Source: Copranaerobaculum intestinale
GTDB lineage: Bacteria; Bacillota_I; Bacilli_A; Erysipelotrichales; Erysipelotrichaceae
Assembly: GCF_009831105.1 (NCBI RefSeq)
Contig: NZ_WUUQ01000001.1
Location: forward strand, 420,001-452,000
Direction: 5' to 3'
DNA length: 32,000 nucleotides
Shown: positions 18,177-26,075 of the stretch, one piece after another
Position numbering within the stretch: position 1 is the first letter of the stretch
Layout: the number at the start of each line of letters is the position of its first letter
Position numbers and translations under genes: made by a program
The notes under the pieces: generated by a model
Databases searched by the model: none
What the model was told of the DNA's origin: nothing
Seen by the model: the letters and a program-made list of their open reading frames with translations, nothing else

Positions 18177-18224
18177 TTGTCTACCTTTTATACTATTTAT
18201 AAAGGTAGACATTTGTGAACAAAT
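18177..18224. repeat. Nested inverted repeats (possible operator or short-transcript terminator)
   Basis: TGTCTACCTTT (18178-18188) pairs with AAAGGTAGACA (18201-18211). It is immediately followed by ATTTGT-ga-ACAAAT (18211-18224). A further direct copy of TTGTCTAC is at 18098-18105. Confidence 0.5.
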
Positions 18225-18302
18225 AGTATTTCTGTTTTTAAAGCGAATGGAAGTATATGCGATAATTTCACACAATAGTTCGATAAATTATGCCGATGTA
18301 AG

Positions 18303-18311
18303 TGCTATAAT
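18303..18311 (+). promoter_or_regulatory. Extended -10 promoter of the 18336 gene
   Basis: TGCTATAAT at 18303-18311. GGAGG at 18325-18329 and ATG at 18336 are at appropriate distances. Confidence 0.55.
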
Positions 18312-18335
18312 GCAAATAGAGAGCGGAGGTATTTC

Positions 18336-18905
18336 ATGGAAAAGAAATGGAAGCTCGTGCACGCACAGAATCGCGGCCTCATCGTGAATGAAAACGGGAA
18401 AACAATTGGTTATTTCCCGGGTTCCGGCATTCGCATCTTAGAATCAGATGGTTATGCTTTTAAGGATATGAATGATAATGGAATCATCGATGCTTTTGAA
18501 GATTGGAGACTGCCATTGTGTGTGCGGGCAAAAGATTTTGCTTTACAGTTTCATTTGACTCAGCATGGAGAATCTTTGTTTGTAGATGGAAAAGAAATTA
18601 ATTTCCCGCAAGAGTTTAATTTGGAACAGTTATATATGATGATCTGTGATCAGCATGTGTTGGAAGAATATCCATATTCCATGGATCATCTGAGTGAAGC
18701 TGAAAAACAGTATATAAATGATAATTACCTATTTATTCTGTTTATTCTTATGATTGATGACAGTCATGGAAATGATAATGACTACATGATTCAATTCTTC
18801 ATGCAGAGTACACATGAAGGAATAACTGCCCATATTAGTTATTCTATCGGAAAAGCTTTAAAAGAATTTATGGTTGGGTTATTAAAGGCACAGCCGGCAA
18901 TGTAG
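18336..18905 (+). CDS. Hypothetical protein with a GH3-like N-terminal DxNxNG..D..EDWRL motif
   Basis: Good SD, its own promoter and its own terminator. FKDMNDNGIIDAFEDWRLPLCVRAKDF resembles the N-terminal segment I recall from many clostridial and Bacteroides GH3 beta-glucosidases. The remainder is unrecognisable. Confidence 0.6.
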   Translation: MEKKWKLVHAQNRGLIVNENGKTIGYFPGSGIRILESDGYAFKDMNDNGIIDAFEDWRLPLCVRAKDFALQFHLTQHGESLFVDGKEINFPQEFNLEQLYMMICDQHVLEEYPYSMDHLSEAEKQYINDNYLFILFILMIDDSHGNDNDYMIQFFMQSTHEGITAHISYSIGKALKEFMVGLLKAQPAM

Positions 18906-18909
18906 AGAT

Positions 18910-18936
18910 AAAAGGCGATGGATTTCGCCTTTTTTG
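18910..18936 (+). terminator. Intrinsic terminator
   Basis: AAAAGGCGA, loop tggatt, TCGCCTTTT, then a T-run. Confidence 0.7.
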
Positions 18937-18987
18937 TTGAATCCTCAAAGGAATGGGACTACACTTTAGGAAAAGGGGGCTTATTCT

Positions 18988-20430
18988 ATGGAACAGCAGG
19001 ATTCACGATCCAGTGTAAAGATTAGTACAAAATCATTTCTTAGCTCATTGGCTATCTTGGTTATTTTGGTCTTGATCGCTGGAGCCATGACCCAGATCAT
19101 TCCTCAGGGAATGTTTGATCGAGTCATAAAAGATGGCCGAGAAGTAATTGTATCCGGCAGCTATCATGTGATTCATGAGGCTAAGTATCCTTTATGGCAT
19201 CTGATAACAGCACCTGTGGAAGTTCTTTTCAGTGAGGATGGACTGATGATTTCCATGATTATTCTGTTTATCTGTGCGATTGGCGGCTCGTTTGCGATAT
19301 TACAAAAGAGCGGTGTGCTGACCAGCACAATTGCCTTAATTGTGGAAAAAGTAAAAAATCACAAGTATCGGATCATTCCTTTGGTTATTTTGTTTTTTAT
19401 GATTCTTGGAGGGGTATTAGGAGTTTTTGAAGAGGCAATTCCGCTAGTGCCGATCATTGTAACGCTATCCTATTCACTTGGCTGGGATGCTATGGTGGGG
19501 CTTGGCATATCCCTGCTTGCTACAGCGTTTGGATTTTCCGCTGCGATGACAAATCCTTTCTCCATTGGGGTTGCCCAAAGCATTGCCGGACTGCCGGCCT
19601 TCAGTGGTCTTTTATATCGGTTATTGATCTTTGCGGTTGTCTATCTGATTCTAACCTCTTATATTCTTCATTATGCGAAAAAGATAGATAAAGACCCGAG
19701 CAAATCACTGCTTTACAATAGCGGAAGCAATCATGGTTCACAGTTGTTGGATATGGAAGATAATGAACAGCTGAAGAAAGCTCGCTATTTTCTGCTTGCT
19801 TCCTTTACAGTAATCTTCATTGTTATGCTTTCGGCATCTTTTGTTTCGGTTATTTCTGATCTTTCACTGCCCTTGGTAGGTTTATTATTCTTTTTAGCAG
19901 GAATCGGATGCGGGAAGATTGCCGGCCTGCGCTTTAAGGAGGTGCTGAAAGCATTCGCCGGTGGAATTGCCGGGATTGCTCCGGGTATCATTCTGATTTT
20001 ATTGGCAATGTCAGTAAAATTCATTATTTCTGAGGGTGGAATCATGGACACGATTCTCTATTCAGCCTCCTCACTGATCTCTTCATCGAATATTTACGCT
20101 GCGGGTATTTTTATTTTCTTCCTGGTATTGGCGCTGAATTTCTTTATTGGATCAGCTACCGCAAAAGCGTTCCTGGTAATGCCAATCATCACCCCGTTGG
20201 CGGATTTGGTGGGAATTACCCGTCAGACATCGGTACTTGCGTTCTGCTTTGGAGATGGTTTCTCAAACGTGATTTTCCCGACCAATCCGGTACTTTTGAT
20301 TGCTCTTGGTCTGACAATGGTCAGTTACGGAAAGTGGTTTCGCTTCACCTATAAGCTGCAGCTGATGCTGTTTGCGGTTTCTGTGATATTTATCATGCTG
20401 GCGACAGGTTTTGCGTATGGACCTTTCTAA
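18988..20430 (+). CDS. YfcC/DcuC-type (C4-dicarboxylate anaerobic carrier family) transporter
   Basis: 480-aa polytopic membrane protein. The N-terminus (ISTKSFLSSLAILVILVLIAGAMTQIIPQGMFDR) and overall pattern are typical of YfcC-family proteins. Confidence 0.8.
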   Translation: MEQQDSRSSVKISTKSFLSSLAILVILVLIAGAMTQIIPQGMFDRVIKDGREVIVSGSYHVIHEAKYPLWHLITAPVEVLFSEDGLMISMIILFICAIGGSFAILQKSGVLTSTIALIVEKVKNHKYRIIPLVILFFMILGGVLGVFEEAIPLVPIIVTLSYSLGWDAMVGLGISLLATAFGFSAAMTNPFSIGVAQSIAGLPAFSGLLYRLLIFAVVYLILTSYILHYAKKIDKDPSKSLLYNSGSNHGSQLLDMEDNEQLKKARYFLLASFTVIFIVMLSASFVSVISDLSLPLVGLLFFLAGIGCGKIAGLRFKEVLKAFAGGIAGIAPGIILILLAMSVKFIISEGGIMDTILYSASSLISSSNIYAAGIFIFFLVLALNFFIGSATAKAFLVMPIITPLADLVGITRQTSVLAFCFGDGFSNVIFPTNPVLLIALGLTMVSYGKWFRFTYKLQLMLFAVSVIFIMLATGFAYGPF

Positions 20431-21517
20431 CTTTAAAAGCGGTTTTGCTTCCGATTATGAAACAAGCCGGACAATGTTTCGTGAAGCATGCGGAAAACAA
20501 TATGGTAAAGTAAAGGCATTGCCGATCATTGATGACTGTACGATTGATCTATTTTGCCGTGAGGGAACAGACAAAAAGAAACTGCTGTTTATTACCAGCG
20601 GTCAGCACGGCATAGAGGGCTATGTAGGAGCAGGTCTGATTCAATGCTTTATCAAAGAGTATTTACCTAATCTGGATGCATCGATCGGAATCGTATTGAT
20701 CCATGGTATGAATTCCTGGGGCATGAAGCACTATCGGAAAACCAATGAGCACAATGTCGATCTGAACCGCAACTTCATGGTAGATTTCACAAAAGCAGCT
20801 GCGGATGCGAATCCTTTCTATTTGAAAGCTGCGAAACTGTTTCAGCCTGCCCGCGGTTACCGGCATGCATTTCTGGAAACGATTCGTTTTGTTGGATCGA
20901 CCGTGTCTTTACTAATGAAAATGGGAATGGGTAATATCGAAAAGGCGATGACGCTTGGACAGTTTGTATGTGATAAGGGACTGTATTACGGCGGCCATGA
21001 AGATGAACCGGCAACCGCAATCATGAAAGCTTTGTATCAGGAATATTTCACCAAGTATGAAGAAGTAATTCTGTTGGATATGCATACTGGATACGGACCG
21101 GCGAATCACATGAGTATTGTGAATTCGCGTTTTGAAAAACAGAGCTCAAAGGAAATGAAAGAAAATTTTCAATATCCTGATGTAGTGAAAAGTGACGCAC
21201 AGGAATTTTATGAAATTTATGGAGATGAAATTGATTATTTGTACCAGACATTTCCTGATAAGAAAATGTATGCAGCCACCTTTGAATTCGGAACTCTGGG
21301 CAATGATATCATGGGATATATTCGCACGCTGAAAGCCATTGTGAATGAAAATCAGGCATATTTTTATGGAACGGGCAATGAGCGGCAGAAACAGTCGATC
21401 AAAGAAGCTTATCAAAAACTATATCAGCCGATGGACGATGCGTTTTATCAGGCAATCTATCCGCAGTTTGTAAAAGCTATGGACGGTATTCTGAAATATT
21501 ATCAATATATAAAATGA
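20417..21517 (+). CDS. M14-like zinc carboxypeptidase family protein (DUF2817-type)
   Basis: HxxE in SGQHGIEG, NRNF, and a downstream His in LLDMHTGYG, in M14 order. The ATG at 20417 overlaps the transporter gene by 14 nt. Confidence 0.75.
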   Translation: MDLSNFKSGFASDYETSRTMFREACGKQYGKVKALPIIDDCTIDLFCREGTDKKKLLFITSGQHGIEGYVGAGLIQCFIKEYLPNLDASIGIVLIHGMNSWGMKHYRKTNEHNVDLNRNFMVDFTKAAADANPFYLKAAKLFQPARGYRHAFLETIRFVGSTVSLLMKMGMGNIEKAMTLGQFVCDKGLYYGGHEDEPATAIMKALYQEYFTKYEEVILLDMHTGYGPANHMSIVNSRFEKQSSKEMKENFQYPDVVKSDAQEFYEIYGDEIDYLYQTFPDKKMYAATFEFGTLGNDIMGYIRTLKAIVNENQAYFYGTGNERQKQSIKEAYQKLYQPMDDAFYQAIYPQFVKAMDGILKYYQYIK

Positions 21518-21546
21518 TGTTTCATTTTCTTGATGAAATAATCGTT

Positions 21547-21596
21547 AAGGAACCTTGAAATTTGGATGACCAAACGGAATGGTTCCTTTTATTTTG
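21547..21596 (+). terminator. Intrinsic terminator
   Basis: AAGGAACC ... GGTTCCTT with an inner stem TTTGG/CCAAA, followed by TTATTTT. Confidence 0.6.
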
Positions 21597-21601
21597 GTTT
21601 G

Positions 21602-21692
21602 ACAGGTTATTTCAGCTGTTTTATCTGCTGATTATTTCCTTCGATTGATGTAACAGGTTACTAAAAAAGACACAAAATTCTAAAACAGGTTA
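21602..21692 (+). promoter_or_regulatory. Three direct copies of ACAGGTTA upstream of the GH4/PTS promoter (candidate operator set)
   Basis: ACAGGTTA at 21602-21609, 21653-21660 and 21685-21692. The middle copy sits in GTAAC-ag-GTTAC and in a cre-like 14-mer, TGTAACAGGTTACT (21649-21662). Confidence 0.45.
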
Positions 21693-21697
21693 ACTTA

Positions 21698-21725
21698 TTT
21701 ACATTTGAGCTTTTCTTTTTATAAT
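21698..21725 (+). promoter_or_regulatory. Candidate sigma-A promoter of the GH4/PTS operon
   Basis: TTTACA (21698-21703), 16 nt spacer, TATAAT (21720-21725). Confidence 0.55.
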
Positions 21726-21786
21726 TTGTTTATAAGCTGTTTAATTACTTCGCGAAGTGTATTTATGCTGCTTAAAAGGAGAGCCT

Positions 21787-23193
21787 ATGAAAAAATATTC
21801 AGTTGTCATCTGTGGCGGGGGAAGCACATATACCCCGGACATGATGGAATTACTTTGTATGATGCAAAAAGACTTCCCATTGAAAAAAGTGGTGCTGTTT
21901 GACAATGATGAAGAACGGCAGAAGATCGTCGGGGAGTATGGAAGAATTATGTTTCAGGAATACTATCCGGAACTTGAATATTCGTATACTCTGGATAAAG
22001 AAGAAGCGTTTCAGGATATAGATTTTGCCTTTGTCCAAATTCGCGCAGGCGGTATGGATCAGCGCAATAACGATGAAAAGGTACCGTATCGGTACAACTG
22101 CATCGGTCAGGAAACCTGCGGACCGGGAGGGCTGGCATACGGGGTCAGAAGCGTCGTGCAAATGATTGATATGATTAAGGATATTCGCACCTATTCCAAG
22201 GATGCATGGATCATCAATTACTCTAATCCGGCTGCGATTGTGGCTGAGGCCACGAAGCGCTTGTTTCCGCATGATAAGAAATTGGTGAATATCTGTGATA
22301 TGCCAACATCGGTACTGGATGCTTATCTGCCCTTGATTCATGTAAAACGCTCACAGATATATCCGAAATTCTTCGGTTTGAATCACTTTGGATGGTTTAC
22401 CGGTCTTTACGATAAAAAGAGCGGACATGATTATCTGCCTGAGCTGCTTGCTTATGTAAAAGAGCATTATGATGAGGTTCATGAACAATTTACCGCAAAA
22501 ATCAAAGGGAAAGATGACCATTGGGGAATTACCTTCCTGCACCATCTGGAAATGCTTCATGATTTCCCGTATGCATTGCCGAATACCTACAACCTGTATT
22601 ATCTTTATCCAGATAAATGTCTAAAACATTATGATATCCGGCATACTCGGTATGATGAGGTCATTCAGGGCCGGGAAACGATGGTATTTGCATATTGTAA
22701 AGAAATCGCGGCGCTGGGTAAAATGAAGGGTACGAAATACGATATCAGCGCGAAAATTAATCCGGACTATAAAGTAGACAATCCGCAGGCAGCTTCGACT
22801 GTTTATGCGGACAACGATGTGCACGCGGCATATTTAGTAGAGTTGGTGCTTTCAATCATCAACAATGCGAATGAAATCGGTTTGGTAATGGTTAAGAATG
22901 ACGGTATTTGTCCAAATCTGGATGCCGGAATGATGCTGGAGGTAGCTTGCCGTATTGGTAAGGAGGAAATTGTTCCGCTGCATTACGGTCCGGTTCCGCA
23001 GTTTGAAAAGGGGCTGCTGGAGAATCAGTATGCGTGTGAAAAACTGCTGGTTGATGCCATTTTGGATAAGGATGACTTCAAGCTGCTGCAGGCGTTTACT
23101 GAAAACCGTATTGTCCGCGATGCTGATTTGGCAAAGCAACTGATTGCTGATTTTAAAGAAGTGAACGGTGATTTTTGGCCGCAATTTCAATAA
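21787..23193 (+). CDS. Glycoside hydrolase family 4, 6-phospho-glucosidase (NAD/Mn-dependent); anomer specificity uncertain
   Basis: The ATG at 21787 follows AAAGGAGAG. Motifs: MKKYSVVICGGGSTYTPDMM (NAD-binding), GQETCGPGGLAYG, NYSNPAAIVAEA, NICDMP. Confidence 0.9.
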   Translation: MKKYSVVICGGGSTYTPDMMELLCMMQKDFPLKKVVLFDNDEERQKIVGEYGRIMFQEYYPELEYSYTLDKEEAFQDIDFAFVQIRAGGMDQRNNDEKVPYRYNCIGQETCGPGGLAYGVRSVVQMIDMIKDIRTYSKDAWIINYSNPAAIVAEATKRLFPHDKKLVNICDMPTSVLDAYLPLIHVKRSQIYPKFFGLNHFGWFTGLYDKKSGHDYLPELLAYVKEHYDEVHEQFTAKIKGKDDHWGITFLHHLEMLHDFPYALPNTYNLYYLYPDKCLKHYDIRHTRYDEVIQGRETMVFAYCKEIAALGKMKGTKYDISAKINPDYKVDNPQAASTVYADNDVHAAYLVELVLSIINNANEIGLVMVKNDGICPNLDAGMMLEVACRIGKEEIVPLHYGPVPQFEKGLLENQYACEKLLVDAILDKDDFKLLQAFTENRIVRDADLAKQLIADFKEVNGDFWPQFQ

Positions 23194-23206
23194 ATAGGAG
23201 GATATT

Positions 23207-24520
23207 ATGGAAAAACTAACTGGATGGCTAGAAGAGAAAGTTTATCCGCTCGCAGCTTTTTTCGAACAAAACAAATATTTATCATCCATCCAATATGGAA
23301 TCATGCTGACTATTCCATTGCTGTTGGTAGGTGCGTTTGCCTGTATTATCAGCGATTTTCCATGGGATGGTTATCAAAATTTCATGATTTCAATTTTTGG
23401 AGAACAAGCTTGGGGGGAATGGAACTGGAGTGTATTGAATCCGGCAACGTTCGGTTTGATTGCGTTGGTGACAATGATCGGTACATCCTACGAGCTGTCA
23501 CGCAAAAATAAAGTATCACCGCTGCCCGGCATTGTTATGTCGCTGATGGGATATTTTATTCTGGTGCATGTCAATTCTGATTCCATGATTTCAATGAATG
23601 AATTTGGTGCTTCTTCCTTATTCTTATCGATCATCGTGGCGATTTTATCCGTTGAAATTTATACGCTGTGTCTGAAAAAGAATTTTGTTATCAAGATGCC
23701 GGACAGCATCCCATCGTTTGTTGTGGATCAATTCACTGCCTTGGTTCCGGCAGTTATTTGCGGTGTTATCTTTCTTGCAGCCCGCTATGTGATACAGATT
23801 ACTCCGTATACAACTGCTTACAATATGATTTACGGCTTGCTTCAAGCCCCGCTTACAACGATCGGCACAACCTTTGCCGGTACAATGGTTGTTACATTTC
23901 TGAATTCCTTTCTGTGGTTCTTTGGATTACATGGAACCAACGTAGTATCATCAGTAATGACCCCGTTATGGTATGCCGCGCGTGATGCGAATCTGTTGGT
24001 CTATCAGGCGGATCCAATGGCGCTCAGACCATATATTGTTACCAACGATTTCTCAAATATGATTATCTTTTTAGGCGGCACCGGATTGACATTGCCGCTG
24101 GCATTTGAAATGATCTTTATGTGTAAATCAGATCGGGTGCGTACGATTGGCAAGGGCGGCTTGATTCCGGGAATCTTCAATGTCAATGAACCGATTATCT
24201 TCGGCCTGCCGCTGGTTATGAATCCGGTCATGGTCATACCGTTTATTTTGGTTCCGATGGTCTGTACGGCAGTTGCCTTTTTCTCAATGGCATGGGGATT
24301 GGTACCGTTGCCAACCGGTGTAGCAGTGCCGTGGACAATGCCGTTCTTCTTTGGCGGCTGGCTGATGTGCAATGATATTCGCGGCGGTATCCTACAGCTG
24401 GTGATTTTGGTGATCGCAGCCGTTATTTACTACCCATTTATTAAAACGCTGGATAAGCAGTATATCAAAGAAGAGAAAGCAAAACAGGAAATGCTTGAAG
24501 ATACGAAAGAAGGATCATAA
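23207..24520 (+). CDS. PTS EIIC, lactose/cellobiose family
   Basis: 437-aa polytopic protein. The N-terminus (LEEKVYPLAAFFEQNKYLSSIQYGIMLTIPLLLVGAF) and the blocks GLHGTNV and NEPIIFGLPLVMNP are typical of Lac-family EIIC. Confidence 0.9.
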   Translation: MEKLTGWLEEKVYPLAAFFEQNKYLSSIQYGIMLTIPLLLVGAFACIISDFPWDGYQNFMISIFGEQAWGEWNWSVLNPATFGLIALVTMIGTSYELSRKNKVSPLPGIVMSLMGYFILVHVNSDSMISMNEFGASSLFLSIIVAILSVEIYTLCLKKNFVIKMPDSIPSFVVDQFTALVPAVICGVIFLAARYVIQITPYTTAYNMIYGLLQAPLTTIGTTFAGTMVVTFLNSFLWFFGLHGTNVVSSVMTPLWYAARDANLLVYQADPMALRPYIVTNDFSNMIIFLGGTGLTLPLAFEMIFMCKSDRVRTIGKGGLIPGIFNVNEPIIFGLPLVMNPVMVIPFILVPMVCTAVAFFSMAWGLVPLPTGVAVPWTMPFFFGGWLMCNDIRGGILQLVILVIAAVIYYPFIKTLDKQYIKEEKAKQEMLEDTKEGS

Positions 24521-24525
24521 AAGCT

Positions 24526-25050
24526 ATGAAAATTCGTAGAGCAATCGCATATTTTATCGACTGGTATCTCATCACTTTTTTGATGAATCTGCTGTTGGTC
24601 GCAGCCGACTATATGCAGACCGGGGAAATGACAACCAATGTCATGCCAATCACTCGTTTTCAGGCTGGTGAACAAGTGCTCCTGCTGATCATTTTGTTCT
24701 TTCTCCAAATTTTATACTTTTGTGTTATTCCGAAGTATTTATTGAAAGGACAGACACTAGGCAAGAAGCTGACAAAAATTAAAGTTGTCAATAAGGATGG
24801 AAGCGAGGTTTCCTTCTTGAATTTATGGAAGCGGGACATTTTAGGAATGATCGTGATCGAAGGATGCTTTATGCCCTTAAGCAATTATATACGCAATGTG
24901 CTGATGCTGGTGATCGGCAGATCGTTTACTCAATATTTCATCTATTTCTCATTCGCTGCCGGTTTTGTTTCGATTGCCTTTCTGCTGTTTGATCGTAAGG
25001 GCAGAATGCTTCATGATTTTATAGGCTCGACAAAAGTCGTTGTGGTATAA
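24526..25050 (+). CDS. RDD-family membrane protein
   Basis: MKIRRAIAYFIDWYLITF (R..A..ID), GQTLGKKLTKIKVV, WKRDILG, and the C-terminal DRKGRMLHDFIGSTKVVV. It starts 5 nt after the EIIC stop. Confidence 0.75.
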   Translation: MKIRRAIAYFIDWYLITFLMNLLLVAADYMQTGEMTTNVMPITRFQAGEQVLLLIILFFLQILYFCVIPKYLLKGQTLGKKLTKIKVVNKDGSEVSFLNLWKRDILGMIVIEGCFMPLSNYIRNVLMLVIGRSFTQYFIYFSFAAGFVSIAFLLFDRKGRMLHDFIGSTKVVVV

Positions 25051-25057
25051 TGAATCC

Positions 25058-25771
25058 ATGAATAGGAATGATCTGGCCCGACAAAATAACTTAACTGATA
25101 ATGAAGTAGCAGTTCTGGAAGCCATTCTTCAGCGGATGGATAAGGGTGTTTATAAAATACCGATCCGTGAAATTGCCAAAGCAGCGTTCGTATCCACGAC
25201 CAGTGTAGTACGCCTTGCCAAGAAAATGGGATATGACGGATACAGTGAAATGCTTTATGAGCTGAAGCTTCAATGCACTTCCGCTGTGGAATATCACGTA
25301 TCGGATATGACTCTATCGGTTTTGACAACGGAAAATTCGCTTTCGATTGTCGATGAACTGATTCATGATCTGGTTTCTTCAGCGTTTCATCGGGTTCATG
25401 TGATGGGAATTGGGTATTCCGATTATGCGGCAGCGTATTTTCGCGACAAGCTGCTGGAGATGGATTATTTCTGTACTACAAAAAGTCCGCTGGACTTCGA
25501 ATGCGATCTGCCTTCACTGGTAATTTTTATCAGCGAGAGCGGAGAAACGAGTGACCTGATTGCGATCGAGGAGCGGCTGAAACTGAAAAATTATAAAATG
25601 TATGCGTTGTCTTCGAATGAAAATAGTACCATATGTAAAAAAACAAAACGAAATATCATTATCAAAAAAGGCCGGAAGACCAAAAATAAATTCCCCAATT
25701 ATTTTATCGGGAACAGTATGAATTTGATTGAAAGCATCTTAGCGATTTTACAGGCTAACCGAAGGAGGTAA
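25058..25771 (+). CDS. RpiR/MurR-family transcriptional regulator (HTH + SIS)
   Basis: HTH_6-like region LTDNEVAVLEAIL...IREIAKAAFVSTTSVVRLAKKMGYDGYSEM. SIS-like segment VHVMGIGYSDYAAAYF...ISESGETSD. The start is uncertain: ATG 25058 or TTG 25040. Confidence 0.85.
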   Translation: MNRNDLARQNNLTDNEVAVLEAILQRMDKGVYKIPIREIAKAAFVSTTSVVRLAKKMGYDGYSEMLYELKLQCTSAVEYHVSDMTLSVLTTENSLSIVDELIHDLVSSAFHRVHVMGIGYSDYAAAYFRDKLLEMDYFCTTKSPLDFECDLPSLVIFISESGETSDLIAIEERLKLKNYKMYALSSNENSTICKKTKRNIIIKKGRKTKNKFPNYFIGNSMNLIESILAILQANRRR

Positions 25772-25775
25772 AGAT

Positions 25776-26075
25776 ATGATAAAAGTGCTGCTAATATGTT
25801 CGCAGGGAGCGTCCACGGCAATTATGTGTGATCGAATAAGGGCAGCGGCTCAGGAAGCTGATGTCGATATGGAAGTACGGGCAGTCGCTTTGGCGGTTGC
25901 GGACGATTATATGCAGGATGCTGATGTGATTTTGATCGGACCGCAGATTCGCTATATGCAGACTAAATTACAAAAGGAAGTACCGAATAAGCCATTGGCT
26001 GACATCGATATGTATACATATGGAACCATGAATGGTAAAGCGGTGTTTGAACAAATCATGGAGCTTGTAAAGTAA
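25776..26075 (+). CDS. PTS EIIB, lactose/cellobiose family
   Basis: MIKVLLICSQGASTAIM carries the active-site Cys context. About 100 aa. AGGAGG SD. Confidence 0.85.
   Translation: MIKVLLICSQGASTAIMCDRIRAAAQEADVDMEVRAVALAVADDYMQDADVILIGPQIRYMQTKLQKEVPNKPLADIDMYTYGTMNGKAVFEQIMELVK

Noticed and set aside
18169-18387. 72-aa plus-strand ORF
   Set aside because: It spans the palindromes, the second promoter and the SD/ATG of the next gene in another frame. It has no SD and its sequence is low-complexity and hydrophobic. It is probably non-coding, though the region is flagged in the findings.
21850-22341. 163-aa ORF antisense to the GH4 gene, with similar antisense ORFs at 22852-23190 and 24004-24372
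   Set aside because: All lie fully inside high-confidence plus-strand genes. None has motifs or ribosome-binding sites, so I treat them as shadow ORFs.
25011-25328. 105-aa minus-strand ORF across the RDD/RpiR junction, and the 115-aa ORF at 25952-26299 across EIIB/EIIA
   Set aside because: They are antisense to tightly packed operon genes with clear family motifs and have no signals of their own.
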